Counted from the first letter of the stretch, positions 13,236 to 27,009 are shown. The stretch: 64,000 nt of DNA from Octopus sinensis (GCF_006345805.1 NC_043021.1:24800001-24864000); one strand, 5' to 3'. Notes: a model not told the origin generated them from the sequence alone. Translations and numbers: made by a program.

Positions 13236-13710
13236 GGCAGCAAGCTGACAGAAGCTTTAACATGCTGGGCGAAATGCTAAACATTATTTCATCTGATGCT
13301 ACGTTCTGAGTTCAAATACTGCCGAGATCCACTTTGCCTTTCATCTTTTCAGGGTCGATAAATTAAGTACCAGTTGAGTACTGCGCCATATTTTGCCTGT
13401 CACTACGTTCTGAGTTCAAATTTTGTCTTTCGCTACGTTCTGAGTTCAAATTCCACCAAGGTCAACTTTACCTTTCATCCTCTCGGGGTCGATAAACTAA
13501 GTACCAGTTATGCACTGGAGTTGACGTAATCAACTATTCCGTTCCCTCAAATTTCAGGCCTTGTACTATTATTATTATTTACAAATTCTGTGATGGTTGA
13601 CTTTGCCTTTCATCCCTTTCGGAGAAAATCAAATAAATACCAGTTGAGAACTGGGGTCAGTTTGACTTCCCCATGCGTCACAATTGCTAACCTTACACCA
13701 AAATAACAAA
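12780..13710 (+). mobile_element. Cluster of tandem full and partial SINE family B copies separated by (TTA)n
   Basis: At least five repeats of the gttctgagttcaaatt / gcctttcatcctttcggggtcgat module. Confidence 0.85.
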
Positions 13711-14186
13711 AAAAAAAATTATTATTAACATTAGCCATTATTAGTATTATATTATTACGGAGATGTACTTGCATAGTGAGTGACTTGATCTGAGATTGTG
13801 TGCTGGAACGAAAACAATTGCAGTGTGGAAGGTGTTTATAAGCTATTTGAGAAACACACAAAAACCATTAGATTCACTTCAACATTTAAGTTTAATTTGC
13901 CAAAATATTTTCGTCGCTTTCAGACCGTGACCTGTTCACTGACAAAGCTTCGTGCTGTATCTATTATATTAGTTATTGTTATTACTGTTATTTTACTTCT
14001 GTTTTGTTTTTTTCCTGAGGGTATGGATTGGGTGGATTGTCATAGTCCAAACCATCTCCTCTTCAGAGTTACTGTACCCATTAAGTTACGATTATTAAGC
14101 TAATCAAGTTCTTTATTTCAAACCAAACTAAGTAATATAGACGTCAAATTTGGGCGAAATCTGTTGAAATTAGTTATATTATATAT

Positions 14187-14580
14187 AGGCGCAGGAGTGG
14201 CTGTGTGGTAAGTAGCTTGCTAACCAACCACATGGTTCCAGGTTCAGTCCCACTGCGTGGCATCTTGGGCAAGTGTCTTCTGCTATAGCCCCAGGCCGAC
14301 CAATGCCTTGCGAGTGGATTTCGTAGACGGAAACTGAAAGAAGCCTGTCGTATATATGTATATATATATGTGTGTGTGTTTGTGTGTCTGTGTTTGTCCC
14401 CCTAGCATTGCTTGACAACCGATGCTAGTGTGTTTACGTTCCCGTCACTTAGCGGTTCGGCAAAAGAGACCGATTGAATAAATACTGGGCTTACAAAGAA
14501 TAAGTCCCGGGCTCGACTAAAGGCGGTGCTCCAGCATGGCCACAGTCAAATGACTGAAACAAGTAAAAGAGTAAAAGAGT
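14187..14580 (+). mobile_element. tRNA-derived SINE family A, full length
   Basis: A box tggctgtgtgg, B box ggttccaggttcagtccc, internal (TA)n(TG)n, (gtaaaaga)n tail. Many copies in the window. Confidence 0.9.
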
Positions 14581-15580
14581 ATATATATATATATAATATA
14601 AATATATATGGGCAACAGACACAAACACATATACACACATGTACGTACGTACACCTATTGAACATGTGCATGCATACATTTTCATAAACAGAAATGAATG
14701 GAAAAAATGTTGTTAAATTTGTAGATTAACACTTGCATGATTTTCACTAAAGTATATATACTATGATTATAAAATATAGTGTCTTTGAAAAACAAAAAAC
14801 AAAACATTTTACATTTTATTTTTTATGAACGTCATCACTTACTCTCTCTCTCGCTCCCTCTCTCACTTTGTCTTTCTCGTGAAACTCTCTGCCTCCTTCT
14901 TCCACTTTTCTTTATCTTTTTTTTTTGTTAGACGCCATCAAAAAAGCCAAGGCTGATATTTTTCGTGGCTAAAAGCTATGTCTGAAAATAGATATTTACG
15001 CTATCTACGGGTGCCTTGGGGAAAAAAATAAGTTTACAAAACCCAGATAGGATGTTGACAAATGTCCTCCTAAAATTTGAGTGACATGCATGCTAATTTG
15101 TGGACGTGGATAAATTACAATCACGTACACACACGCACACACACATCATGCCTTTTATAGATATGATATGTTTGGTGGGCAAGACAGAATGATGAGAAAA
15201 GGAAAATGGGGGGGGGAAGCTATACAGACTGAGTGGTCTAAGTCAAGAAAAGGTGACAGGAGGAGGAGAAGGAATGCGGGCGAGAGAGAGAGAGAGAGGT
15301 GGGAGCTGAGGTAAAGAACATGTGATGGAATCTATGTCAATAATGGGTGGTGGGGAGTAATGTTTGTGTGTGAGAGGGAGAGGACTGAATGATAGCCAGA
15401 AAGACAGACCAGGGTTAATCACCCTATTATAATTCTATTCCTTTACTTCTATATTAATTCCTGCCACTCGTTAGTAAATGTTGTTTCCTTCTGGCAAGTC
15501 CACAGAACTTATTCTGGCAAGGGTTGCACAGTTTGACCGAAGCTGGCGAGTAAGAAGATGACACTAAACTCTGTATATAT

Positions 15581-15963
15581 GGAAGCACTCTGTCGGTTAC
15601 GACGACGAGGGTTCCAGTTGATCCGAATCAACGGAACAGCCTGCTCGTGAAATTAACGTGTAAGTGGCTGAGCACTCCACAGCCACGTGTACCCTTAACA
15701 TAGTTCTCGGGGATATTCAGCGTGACACAGAGAGTGACAAGGCCGGCCCTTTGAAATACAGGTACAACAGAAACAGGAAGTAAGAGTGAGAGAAAGTTGT
15801 GGTGAAAGAGTACAGCAGGGACCACCACCATCCCCTGCCGGAGCCTCGTGGAGCTTTAGGTGTTTTCGCTCAATAAACACTCACAACGCCCGGTCTGGGA
15901 ATCGAAACCGCAATCCTATGACCGCGAGTCCGCTGCCCTAACCACTGGGCCATTGCGCCTCCA
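15581..15963 (-). mobile_element. SINE family C
   Basis: Near-identical to 5875-6261. Flanking duplication tctgtatatat. Confidence 0.9.
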
Positions 15964-15988
15964 CTTCTGTATATATACACACACACGC

Positions 15989-16019
<31 letters not shown>

Positions 16020-16235
16020 TGCACACACACATATATATTGTGTTGAGTCAAAAGTTTTGTGATGTTTTGGTAACCTATTTGCTTTATTCATTGAGTTATA
16101 ACAAAGGAGCCTAGCATATGAAGCAGAGGCCATCGTGTGGCATTGTCTGAAGCCACCTTTCTGCAAGTTCTTGTCCTTCAAGACAAAGAACTTAATTCGT
16201 AGCCATTAGTGAACTTGATGGAAAATTCATACAAA

Positions 16236-16660
16236 AGGCGCAGGAGTGGCTGTGTGGTAAGTAGCTTGCTAAACAACCACATGGTTCCGGGTTCAGTCCC
16301 ACTGCGTGGCATCTTGGGCAAGTGTCTTCTGCTATAGCCCCGGGCCGACCAATGCCTTGTGAGTGGATTTGGTAGACGGAAACTGAAAGAAGCCTGTCAT
16401 ATATATATATAAATATATATATATGTTTGTGTGTCTGTGTTTGTCCCCCTAGCATTGCTTGACAACCGATGCTGGTGTGTCTACATCCCCATCACTTAGC
16501 AGTTCGGCAAAAGAGAGACCGATAGAATAAGTACTGGGCTTACAAAGAATAAGTCCCGGGGTCGAGTTGCTCGACTAAAGGCGGTGCTCCAGCATGGCCG
16601 CAGTCAAATGACTGAAACAAGTAAAAGAGAGTAAAAGAGAGTAAAGAGTAAAGAGTAAAA
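16236..16660 (+). mobile_element. SINE family A, full length
   Basis: Near-identical to 14187-14580. Confidence 0.9.
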
Positions 16661-19606
16661 TATGAATGAGGTAAATAACAGCTGATATAATAATCATTCC
16701 TACTAATAACTGGATGTAGATGTATGTGTAAGTAAGTGAGTGTGTGCGTGTGTGTGTGTGTGTGTGTGTTTGTCAGTGTGTGCTATCAGTATTGAATAAT
16801 TTACAGGATGAATCCATGCATCATAATTTTCAAATTCTCACAAATAATTGCTGTCATATTCGTTATAAAAAGGCCATTTTCACACTGGCATATATATATA
16901 CATACAAATACACATACATACATATACATGTATATATATATACATATACATATATATATATATACATATACATACATATATATATATATATGTATATATA
17001 TATAGTTGTCACAGACATATACTTTATGACAAAATAAAAATTACCTAATACTGTTACTAGAAATATCTATTTTTTGTCTAATTTTCTCATGGACGTTGTC
17101 ATAAAATATGGAAGTTTTTGCCATAAATTGCGGTTGTAAACATTCCGTTTGTTTTAGCATGCATCATAAACTGATATTTTATGTATTTCCATGACTCAGT
17201 TACATCACCAATCCGTATTCGTTATTATTACACATTATTTACTCCGTCCTCTTCTTTTCGAAATCCCTGCTTCTATTTCGATGGTTTGAGCTCAATCTGA
17301 TTTTAATAAAATCAAATAAACTGCCATTCAGTACATTGACACCCCAACCCCATCCCTTACCAAACTTCATGTTTTTCATTCACCCTTGTTACCTCTACCC
17401 AGTCACTTTTCCTGTTCTTCTACCCCCAGGGCCGACCCTGAAACATTATTACCACCACCTTTATCTCTCCTTCCACCTCCATACTGATTACTTCCACCTG
17501 TTTTTGTATAATGCGAGCAGTTGTTCTGGCCCCTTCCTTCATACTTTAACCCTTCATAATTCTACCATCAAGCTGCCTCCCCCTCTACTTGACCCCCACT
17601 CAGACAAGGAGGATCTTAGTCTTGCAACTTACACTAGGGCTCCCTTCATGGAAAAGCACCAAGTGCACCCTGTGAAGTGGTTGGCATTAGGAAGAGTGCC
17701 CAACCCCAAGAATTATGGCAGGGAAGAGAGTGGGGCACAAAGCAGTCGTTTGACATGGGCGGATCCTATCAAACCCTTTGGATCCCAGCAGAATAGAAGC
17801 CAGACACTAAAAGGTTATGATGACAGGGTGGTTTATCTTTTACTTGTTTCAGTTACTTGATTGTGGCCATGCTGGAGCACCATGCTGAAGAGTTTTTCTT
17901 AGTCGAATGAATTGACCCCCACCCCAAGGACTTATTTCTTTTTATGTCAGGAATTTATTTTATTGGTCTCTTTTGCAGAACTGCTAAGTTACAGGGGTAT
18001 AAACAACACCAATACCAGTTGTCAAACAATGACAGGTGACAAGCACAGACACAAAGACACACACACACACACACTCACATACACACACACACACATATGT
18101 GCACGCACACACACATGCACACACACACAATGCTTGGTTTTATGTTCCCTTATTAATCTGTTGGGTTACTCTGTACTTTTGTAGAGTACAAATTAATTAT
18201 TCTCATACAAGAATGTTGTTGACAGTAACTTTGAAGTTTTGCCCAGCTAAGTCATTGTTGGACAGCAGTGCATTAGGGTTAGTTGACACACCCAACTACT
18301 AAGGGTTTAAATACTGGACTTTGCACCTTTGATCTATTATATTGTCAAAACAAAAAGATTTAATCCAATAATACCAAAAGCAACAAAATTACCCTCACAC
18401 CTCTTGCCTACCCAACAAAAGCAGAACACCTTCAGGCTTATTTACAAAGTTCTACATGCATTAATGAATTCCAAACAATGACATAACCCCAAATTTAACC
18501 AATAAAAAAATTTTCCAAGACACCTTTCCATAACAACCAACCATAAAAACCTAATTACCACACCACTCAACCCCACACACCCAAAGAGGATTTTAACTCG
18601 ACAGAGACAATACAAAGACAAGACTAACTCTAAGGCATCACAGTCCGATGATGGCTGAGCTAGTTGAAACTTCAAAGTCACTGTCAACAATATTCTTGCA
18701 TGTGCACACACACACACACACATCATCATCATCATCATCATCATCATTATCACCATTCAATGTCCATTTTCCATGCTGACCTAGGTTGGATGGTTTGACT
18801 GGAGCTGGTAAGTCCAGCGGCCACACCAGGCTCTATTGTCTGTTTTGGGCATGTTTTCTATGGCTTGATGCCCTTCCTAATGTCGACCACTCCACAGAGT
18901 GCTCCACTGGGTGCTTTTAACATGACACCAGCACTGATATCAATTCTGCTGCGGTAGGCAGGCTTTCTTAGAGTACAGCAAGGCACCAGTTATCTTGGTC
19001 CTGAGTCATCTCTTTTGTACGATTCAGAGTCTTGAGATCAACGTTCAGTTCTTCATCCCATGTCTTCCAGGGTCTCTCACTTTCATAAGTTGCATCCACT
19101 TTAAGTGAGCAGTTCTCCTGTATGCAACTGCTTACATCCATAGTCATCAGATGCACCAAACCAGCACAACCATCTCTCTTTCACTCTGCATCTTATTTCT
19201 CTTAAGCCCAACTTTTCATTTTCGTTTGCTGCAAAGGCATTTTTCAAATACGCCAGCCAAGATAAGTTAAAAATTGTCTGAAGTCGTAAGACACCCGCTG
19301 TTTTGTCCTGTTATTACTATTCTTGTTTTTTATTTCTATTTTTTGTTTCTTGTATTTATATTTGTGTGGCATCCTGTCTTTGTTTCGTATACATTCGATC
19401 CTCTTTCCAAGAAATCTAATGCCAGTAGCTTAGTTTTTCCTTGGGGCTGGCCGTGATCGGAGCGATATCAGGATTAATCAGCCGAAATTGCTAAGATGAT
19501 CCGGTTCCTGACTGAAGATTAGAGCTTCGAATGACCCGTCTGTTTTTTTGTGTCGTCTCTTTGTGTGTTTTTGTGTTCTTGTCCCATATTTAATTTCTAT
19601 ACATAC

Positions 19607-19637
<31 letters not shown>

Positions 19638-19645
<8 letters not shown>

Positions 19646-20326
19646 TTAGTGAATTGAAGAAATGGAGTTGAACGAAGTGGCCGTCAGTTGGTAAACATCT
19701 CAACTGACGGCCATGTGATCAAACGCACATACGAACACATAGAACAGTACACACACACATGTTTCTAAGTAGATTTTGTCTCACCCCATATAATACACCT
19801 AATATTCTTTAAATAGTCAGAACTTTAGTCTCGGTCACAAAGAACATCTAAGCCCCATGTTCCCACCCACCGGAATGACCGCTGCCTGACCCGTTAAAAC
19901 CTTCAACGCACCCACCACCAGTTTTCAACATACATTGATAAACAGTTTGGCCATGGGCTCTTATGAGCCTCGTTCGATTTGTTTTGCTCCGCCTCTGTTC
20001 TGTTTTTTTGTTTTTCAACGGATTTCCTATTTCTTCCTGAAGAGAAAGACACAATATGGTCTCCTTATTCAATCGGAATTTGGTAAATTGTGCCTTTCGA
20101 AACACGTGTAGAATGCAATAAAACGATTTCTGTTCAATCTTCGTTCAACTCCATTTCTTCAATTCACTAATAATATTAAAATTCAATTATCCGCACCAAC
20201 GCACGGTTGCAACACCATATGGTTGTACCTCCAACCGTGCTGTCTTCTGCTGTGATTTTTGCTACCAAGGTATCGGTTAAACTTTTGATTAATCTGCAAC
20301 AAGATTATTCATCTTTCTATTTCACA
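19638..20326 (+). mobile_element. Penelope-like pseudo-LTR remnant with short inverted 5' segment
   Basis: 40-bp perfect inverted repeat 19638-19677 / 20139-20178. Contains a hammerhead motif, is flanked by (TA)n, and its 3' ~310 bp match 4250-4556. Confidence 0.65.
20028..20120 (+). ncRNA. Type I hammerhead ribozyme motif inside a Penelope-like repeat
   Basis: CUGAAGA at 20037-20043. Stem II 20044-20055 pairs with 20087-20098 (11/12 bp). GAAAC-ACGU-GUA at 20099-20110. Stem I UAUUUCUUC pairs with GAAUGCAAUA (one bulge, one mismatch). Confidence 0.75.
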
Positions 20327-20363
20327 AAATATATATATATATTATATATATATATATATATTT

Positions 20364-20535
20364 AGGCGCAGGAGTGGCTGTGTGGTAAGTAGCTTGCTAA
20401 CCAACCACATGGTTCCGGGTTCAGTCCCACTGCGTGGCATCTTGGGCATGTGACTTCTGCAATAGTCTCGGGCCGACCAATGCCTTGTGAGTGGATTTGG
20501 TAGACGGAAACTGAAAGAAGCCCGTCGTATATATG

Positions 20536-20568
<33 letters not shown>

Positions 20569-20790
20569 ATGTTTGTGTGTTTGTGTGTCTGTGTTTGTCC
20601 CCCTAGCATTGCTTGACAACCGATGCTGGTGTGTTTACATCCCCGCCACTTAGCGGTTATACAAAAGAGACCGATAGAATAAGTACTGGGCTTACAAAGA
20701 ATAAGTCCCGGGGTCGATTTGCTCGACTAAAGGCGGTGCTCCAGCATGGCCACAGTCAAATGACTGAAACAAGTAAAAGAGTAAAAGAGA
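20364..20790 (+). mobile_element. SINE family A, full length
   Basis: Near-identical to 14187-14580. Confidence 0.9.
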
Positions 20791-21007
20791 ATATATATAT
20801 ATACACACACACACACATACACAATGGATTTCTTTCAGTTTCTGTCAACCAAATCCACTCCCAAGGCTGCGGATGACCTGAGACCATAGTGGAGGTCACT
20901 TACCCAAATTCCCACTGCATGAGACTGAACCCAGGATCACGTGGTTGGGAAGCAAACTTCTTACCATACAACCACGCCTCTATAAATTCACATAAAGCAA
21001 ACATTAA

Positions 21008-21036
21008 CGTGTGCGTGTGTGTGTGTGTATGAATAA

Positions 21037-21069
<33 letters not shown>

Positions 21070-21077
21070 ATATATAT

Positions 21078-21128
<51 letters not shown>

Positions 21129-21176
21129 TAGATATACATATAAATATACATATATGCATATATACATATATATATA

Positions 21177-21236
<60 letters not shown>

Positions 21237-21310
21237 ATATGATGACTGATGATTATGATGATGATGATATATATATATATATATGTTTATATGTATATGA
21301 AGATATAATA
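21008..21310. repeat. Compound (TG)/(TA)/(GATA)/(TGA) microsatellite block
   Basis: Directly visible; one of dozens in the window. Confidence 0.95.
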
Positions 21311-22439
21311 TTGTCACACCCATATAATTCTAAACAAGTCCCAAATTAACTTATATGGTTACTAATATAAAATATTGTCTAATTTATATTCATTTTCTCA
21401 TGGACTGGGTTAAAAAATAGAAACACAACCATAATTTAGTGAAGTGAAACAAACACACCATTGTGGATATGAGTTTGTTTTGTTTGAACTTATAGAATTT
21501 TCATGTAATTTATGCATAGGTCCCAGCACCCCACCTTCTCTCTTTGCCGTACCTCTGCACTCTATTTCTTTGTGCACAGATTCTATTGAATTGGGTCTCG
21601 TTACTGACTTTAATCAAACAGTCAGTCACCACCACCACCACCACCACCAATTTTACTGCCCAGCCCCATTCCCAAACTAAATGACCCTTGATTCATTTCA
21701 TCTTCATTAGCTTATGTCAATTATTAGATTAAACATTGAAAAATATAAACTTTTATGCTTGGAAAACAAAATTACTCAGAAGACCTACAAAAACTCTGTC
21801 CTTCACACCATGCACAAAAGCTAAGGTAAACCGACCCCTTTCGGCCTCACTAAGGACTGCCCATAACAACTCTCTTGTTTATACCATGCATGATAGATAC
21901 AAAAAAAAAATAAGCTCCCTACCACCTATCCAAAAGGGAAAGAGGATGGACTTTTTAATTAACTGATCAAAGAAGAGAGGACTGAGTCCAAGACATCAGC
22001 AAGATCCTTGAAGACGTTGATGTGGTTGATTCACACTTTGGTCGTCTGTAGACAGCATCACAGGAAGGGAATTCTTCCAAGTTGTGATCTGAAAAGACAA
22101 GATTGGATAAAGTGTTTAGGGATACAATAGGAAAGATAAGAAAGAAGGGGTAAGGGGGTTGCTTCCCAACCGCAAGATTCTGTGTGGCACCAGGCTGACC
22201 AAAGCCTTGTCAATGGATTTGGTGGATGGAAACTGAAAGAAGCCCATCCTATATGTATATATATATCATGTGATCATGTGACCGACCAGACCATCAGATG
22301 TTGCTACACATCGCTGGTCACAATGCATTCGAATGATGCCACCTTGCTGGCTAAGCGAGCAGGCCAATGTATATATATATATATATATATATACATAGAT
22401 GTTTATAATAGGTGTATGTATGTATGTATGCCTAGGAGG

Positions 22440-23000
22440 ATGCTGCCATGCCATTTATTGTTGGCATTACCAAGCTGACAAAATAATCAGAGAAGGAATA
22501 TGCTCTGAAATCAGAACCAGCCAGAGAAAGTTCAGAGAGCCATTGCCACTGTTGCCAACGAAAGGTTTCTCTGTTGGAGGGAAAGGCAGATTGTGTGATG
22601 TTTGTGTACAAAATGTACTGGTAAATGGTGTTGGAATGTGGGCCATGAATGCAGAGGCCATGTGGGGGCTTGAAAGAAATGAAGCTAGCATGCTGTGCTG
22701 GATGTGCAACAGAGATGTGCATTTATGACAAAGAGCAAAGGTGTTGAGAGACGAAAACTAGGCAAAAGGGGCATTAGATGCAAGAGGGGAAACTGTGTTG
22801 GTAAGAGCATGGGATGGGTTTGGATGAGGACAGCTGTATAAAGAAGCACCAATTATTAAAGTCTAGATGGAACCCGTAGAAAAGGGAGATCCAAGAAGAC
22901 ATGGGATGAAATAGTGAAGAATGACCTCTGCATGTTGAGTTTTGCAAAGGAGATGACAAAGGATCAAGATGGCAGTTTACTTTGCTGAGAAGACCCACAC
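22440..23000 (+). mobile_element. Degenerate RTE LINE fragment
   Basis: Nucleotide and peptide similarity to the other RTE copies (RKFREPLPLL.TKGFS, LERNEASML.WMC). Confidence 0.7.
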
Positions 23001-24907
23001 ATTCCCTAAAAGTATACTGTTTATATTTGTGCCCCTTGCAACCAATCTATCCCTTACCTGTTTCTTCCTAACGTCCATCCCTCCATCACTCTTCTGACTT
23101 TGGTACTATTTATTCAACTGCCGTAATTATATGAAAACAGAACTGAACCGATTTCAACCCCCACTTTTTTTCTTTATACTCCCTCGAACCATTTATTTTC
23201 TCTCTCACCATGTCAGTACCATCCTGTACTGCTTTATTTTCCACTGAACACCCCTTTCACTGCCACTTGTCCCCTCAACATTCTTTCATTATGCCAATGG
23301 CAAACCCCATTACTTGGGTTTCTCTCCCACTGTTTCCATCCCTATGTTCTTCTGACCTCATCCCTGGCAAACACATGCCTTGCATGCTGCCAACACTATA
23401 CATGATTTGTGATGCCTTCACCTATTGCCTTCACCTTCATCTCTCCAAAACTGACACTCACCACTCACCACGCTTCCACTCATATTCACCGTCTTTTGCA
23501 GTTTCCATCCACATCCTCATGAACTTACCCGGCCATTCATCCTGTCCATTCCTCAGCACCATTTCTCTTATGTCCAGCTTCTTGTAAATATGAGGAGAAG
23601 CTCTGACACCTCTTCACCACCATCTTCTTCCTTTTTCCAACTAGGTGGGGGTGGGGCATGTATCTCCCCCACAACAAGACCCCTATTCTTGTCCCTCTAT
23701 CATACTCTAACTTCTCGTCTCCTGGCATAAATCCACCTCCCTCAATACCACTCCCCCACCTTAGCTGAGGGCCTTGCTTTACTAGCGCTGGTGTCACAAA
23801 AAAAAGAAATCACCCAGAATACTTTGTAAAATAGTTGGCACTCGGAAGGACATCCAGCTGTGGAAACTATAGGAAAGGGGACACTGGAGCTTGGATGGGT
23901 CATTGACTTTATTCCATTGTCACCATTTAACACCCTCACCTGGTACCCTGGCACTCAGGCCGCCTTTAACAGAGCCCACTTTCTAACAGGCTTTTCCACC
24001 CCTTATATATACGATACGCATGTAAATAATGGATGGTAAATAATACAAAGTTTCAAATACTTTTACACAACTAAACGCTTTTCCTCGTGTTTTCGTTTTT
24101 CTTTTTTCCTCATTTAAGCATAAAAATGTAAATTTGTTATATTTTCCTTTACACCTTTCAGCTATTTTTTTTCTTTGTCCAAAATTCCCAGAGTATGAAT
24201 TGGATTTTCCCTTCAATTATTAATTATAATAAACATTAATAAATAATACAATCCGAGGTAAGCTCATGAATGAAAACAATTTTCTATTATTGAAAAGGCA
24301 GCATTTTTTTTTGGTGTAGTCTTTTTGTTGTTTATTTTCAATTAGGTAAAAAAAACCGACTGAAGTAGTTGTATTAGTAATGTGTAAAATTTTAGTCTCG
24401 CCCAATGCCAAACATACCAGACAGGTCAGGTAAGTGTGTGCGAAAGAGAAAGGGAGAGAGAGAGAGCAAGAGAAAAAGAGCAAGAGAGAGAGAGTACTTA
24501 ATATAATACGTAAGAGTATTTATATTCATTAAAAACATATGACGTAATTTCTATAGAAAAGATTTCGATCAAAGCTTTTCTCTTCTCCATATCACAACCA
24601 ACAATTTCTGTACAACAGAGGTGGGCTTGTTCTGATCAATCTCACCTGGGACCTGTTATATATTTATGAAACACATAACGTACCTGCCCCCCCCCCCAAT
24701 CTCCCTAATAAAAGACAGAGTTTCAGATGAGGAATACCTCATCATAAAGAAAGGTAAAAACAGCAGTTTTTTTGGGGGGGTTTTGTTTTATATTCTTCGT
24801 TTTCTTTCTGCTTCATTTTCATATAAAAGAAATTACAATTCTGGAAATTTTTTCTCTTTTTCATTTCTTTTAACACCCCCCCCCCCCACCCTTCTCCAGT
24901 TCCATAC

Positions 24908-25140
24908 TTATTTCTTTATTACCCACAAGGGGCTAAACATAGAGGGGACAAACATGGACAGACATAGGTATTAAGTCGATTACATCGACCCCAGTGCATA
25001 ACTGGTACTTAATTTATCGACCCCGAAAGGATGAAAGGCAAAGTCGACCTCGGCGGAATTTGAACTTACAACGTCACGGCAGCCGAAATACCGCTAAGCA
25101 TTTCGCCCAACGTGCTAACCATTCTGCCAGCTCGACGCCT
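24908..25140 (-). mobile_element. SINE family B
   Basis: Same sequence as 62915-63146. Flanking duplication ctccagttccatac at 24894-24907 and 25149-25162. Confidence 0.88.
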
Positions 25141-25550
25141 TTCCATACCTCCAGTTCCATACCTTTTGTCTGTTTACATGAGATCTGGAATTCCTCATCG
25201 GAAACTCCGTCAAAATATAAATGCCATAACCTTACCTTGTGCCTTCCATTGCATCATTCTACAAGGACCAACAAAAATGTTTCTCTTCAGATTATTTAAA
25301 TGGTTTATTTATTTTCTGATTCGTTTATTTTAACTGGTGCCACACATTTCAGATTCTCCGGCCATTCCCCCTCTTACTTTAGCTCCCCAGTAAAATGAAA
25401 TGGCATTTTTCAAATGACCCCTGGATCATAGCTGGAAAGTAATTTCTTCTTACCCCTTACAATTTCAGAATAACATTCCACTCCTCAAAGCATTTATTTA
25501 TTTTTTTTATTGCATTTTATCCCTGCTCCTACAATTAGCAGCAGCAGCAA

Positions 25551-25591
<41 letters not shown>

Positions 25592-26978
25592 ATGGTGGTG
25601 GTGGTCATGGTTGTAGTGGTTATGTAGGTAATGGGCATGATAGTAGTAGAGGTAGTAATAGAATCAAAAGAAATGCCGCTAAGCATTCTGTCCAATATGC
25701 CAACGACTCTACCCCCCCACCCACTGCCTATGGACATAAGATCAGCAAGTTCGCAGGGGGGTGGGGTGATAAGTCAATTGCATCCACCCCAGGACATCAC
25801 TGGTACTTATTTTCTCAACCCCACCCCACCCCAAAGTATGAAAGGCAAAGTCAACCTCGGCTGAATCTTAACTCAGAATGTAAAGATGGAATGAAGTGCC
25901 GCTCAGCTCCCCATCCAGCATGCAAACAATTGCTGCAGACGGACTCTCCCAGCAAAGACAACGGTCGAGGGTCCAGCTCTTGCCAAACGACCAACACAAA
26001 TAAAATGTTTACAAGGATCAAATGCTTATGCCACGCATTAGCTCACTCTCTCCATCAAATCAAAATTTACCTGAACACATGCACAGGTGTGCCATACATC
26101 AGGTGTCGAAATGGTCACAGAGCAACATGCGATGAAGTGTTTTGCTCAAGAACATAATGCACCACCCGGCCTAAGAATTGAAACCATGATCTCAAGATCA
26201 TGATTGCAATATCTTAACCACCAGGCCATGCGTCCTCACATTATTATCAATATTGATAACAATGATAATAATAATAATAATAATCGTTTCTAACATAGCC
26301 AAAAGCTTAGAACTTTGTGTGGAGGGTTTAAACGATAATATCAACCCCATTATTTGATAGGTATTGTATTTTAGCAATCCTGGAGAGAGGAAAAACAAAG
26401 CTGACCTTAGTGGGGTTTGAACTCAGAACGTAAAGTGTGAGAACCAACACCACAAGGCATTATGACACTGGTTTAAGGATTCTACTCCAAGTCATCAATA
26501 AATTTTTTTCCATTTAGTTAACATCTGTTTTCTCACACCAGTATGGGTTAGAGTGATATCATACTGAGGCAATGCTTTCACAAAGGGCTGGTGTAGCTGT
26601 GTGGTTAAGAAGCTTGCTTCCTAACCATGTGATCACAGGTTCAGTTCTATGGCATGGCACCTTGGGCAAATGTCTTCTAATATAGCCCTGGGGCTGACAA
26701 AACCCTTGTGGGTGGATTTTGCACATGGAAACTGAAAGAAGCCCAACATGTGTGTGTGTGTGCTATGGTCTCAACATCTATCACACACTGATTGTAGGCA
26801 GGCATCACTGTCACTCAAGTGGAGTGGTTTGTTTGCAGTCTTCCATGGAACGACATGCCCAATCAGAGGGAAATATTACCTTGCTTGGAGGTAGGTGAGG
26901 GTTGGCAACAGGAAGAGCATCCAGCCAGACAGAATATGCCTCAACAAATTCTGTCTGACCCATGGAGGCACGGAAAAG

Positions 26979-27009
<31 letters not shown>

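Noticed and set aside
19440-19550. CUGAAGA / GAAAU motifs in a repeat related to 40300-40480
   Set aside because: The motifs are in the wrong order or lack closing stems. A hammerhead could not be folded by eye.
25510-26157. 215-aa ORF
   Set aside because: Composed of (AGT)n/(GGT)n microsatellite and antisense SINE fragments, with no protein motif.
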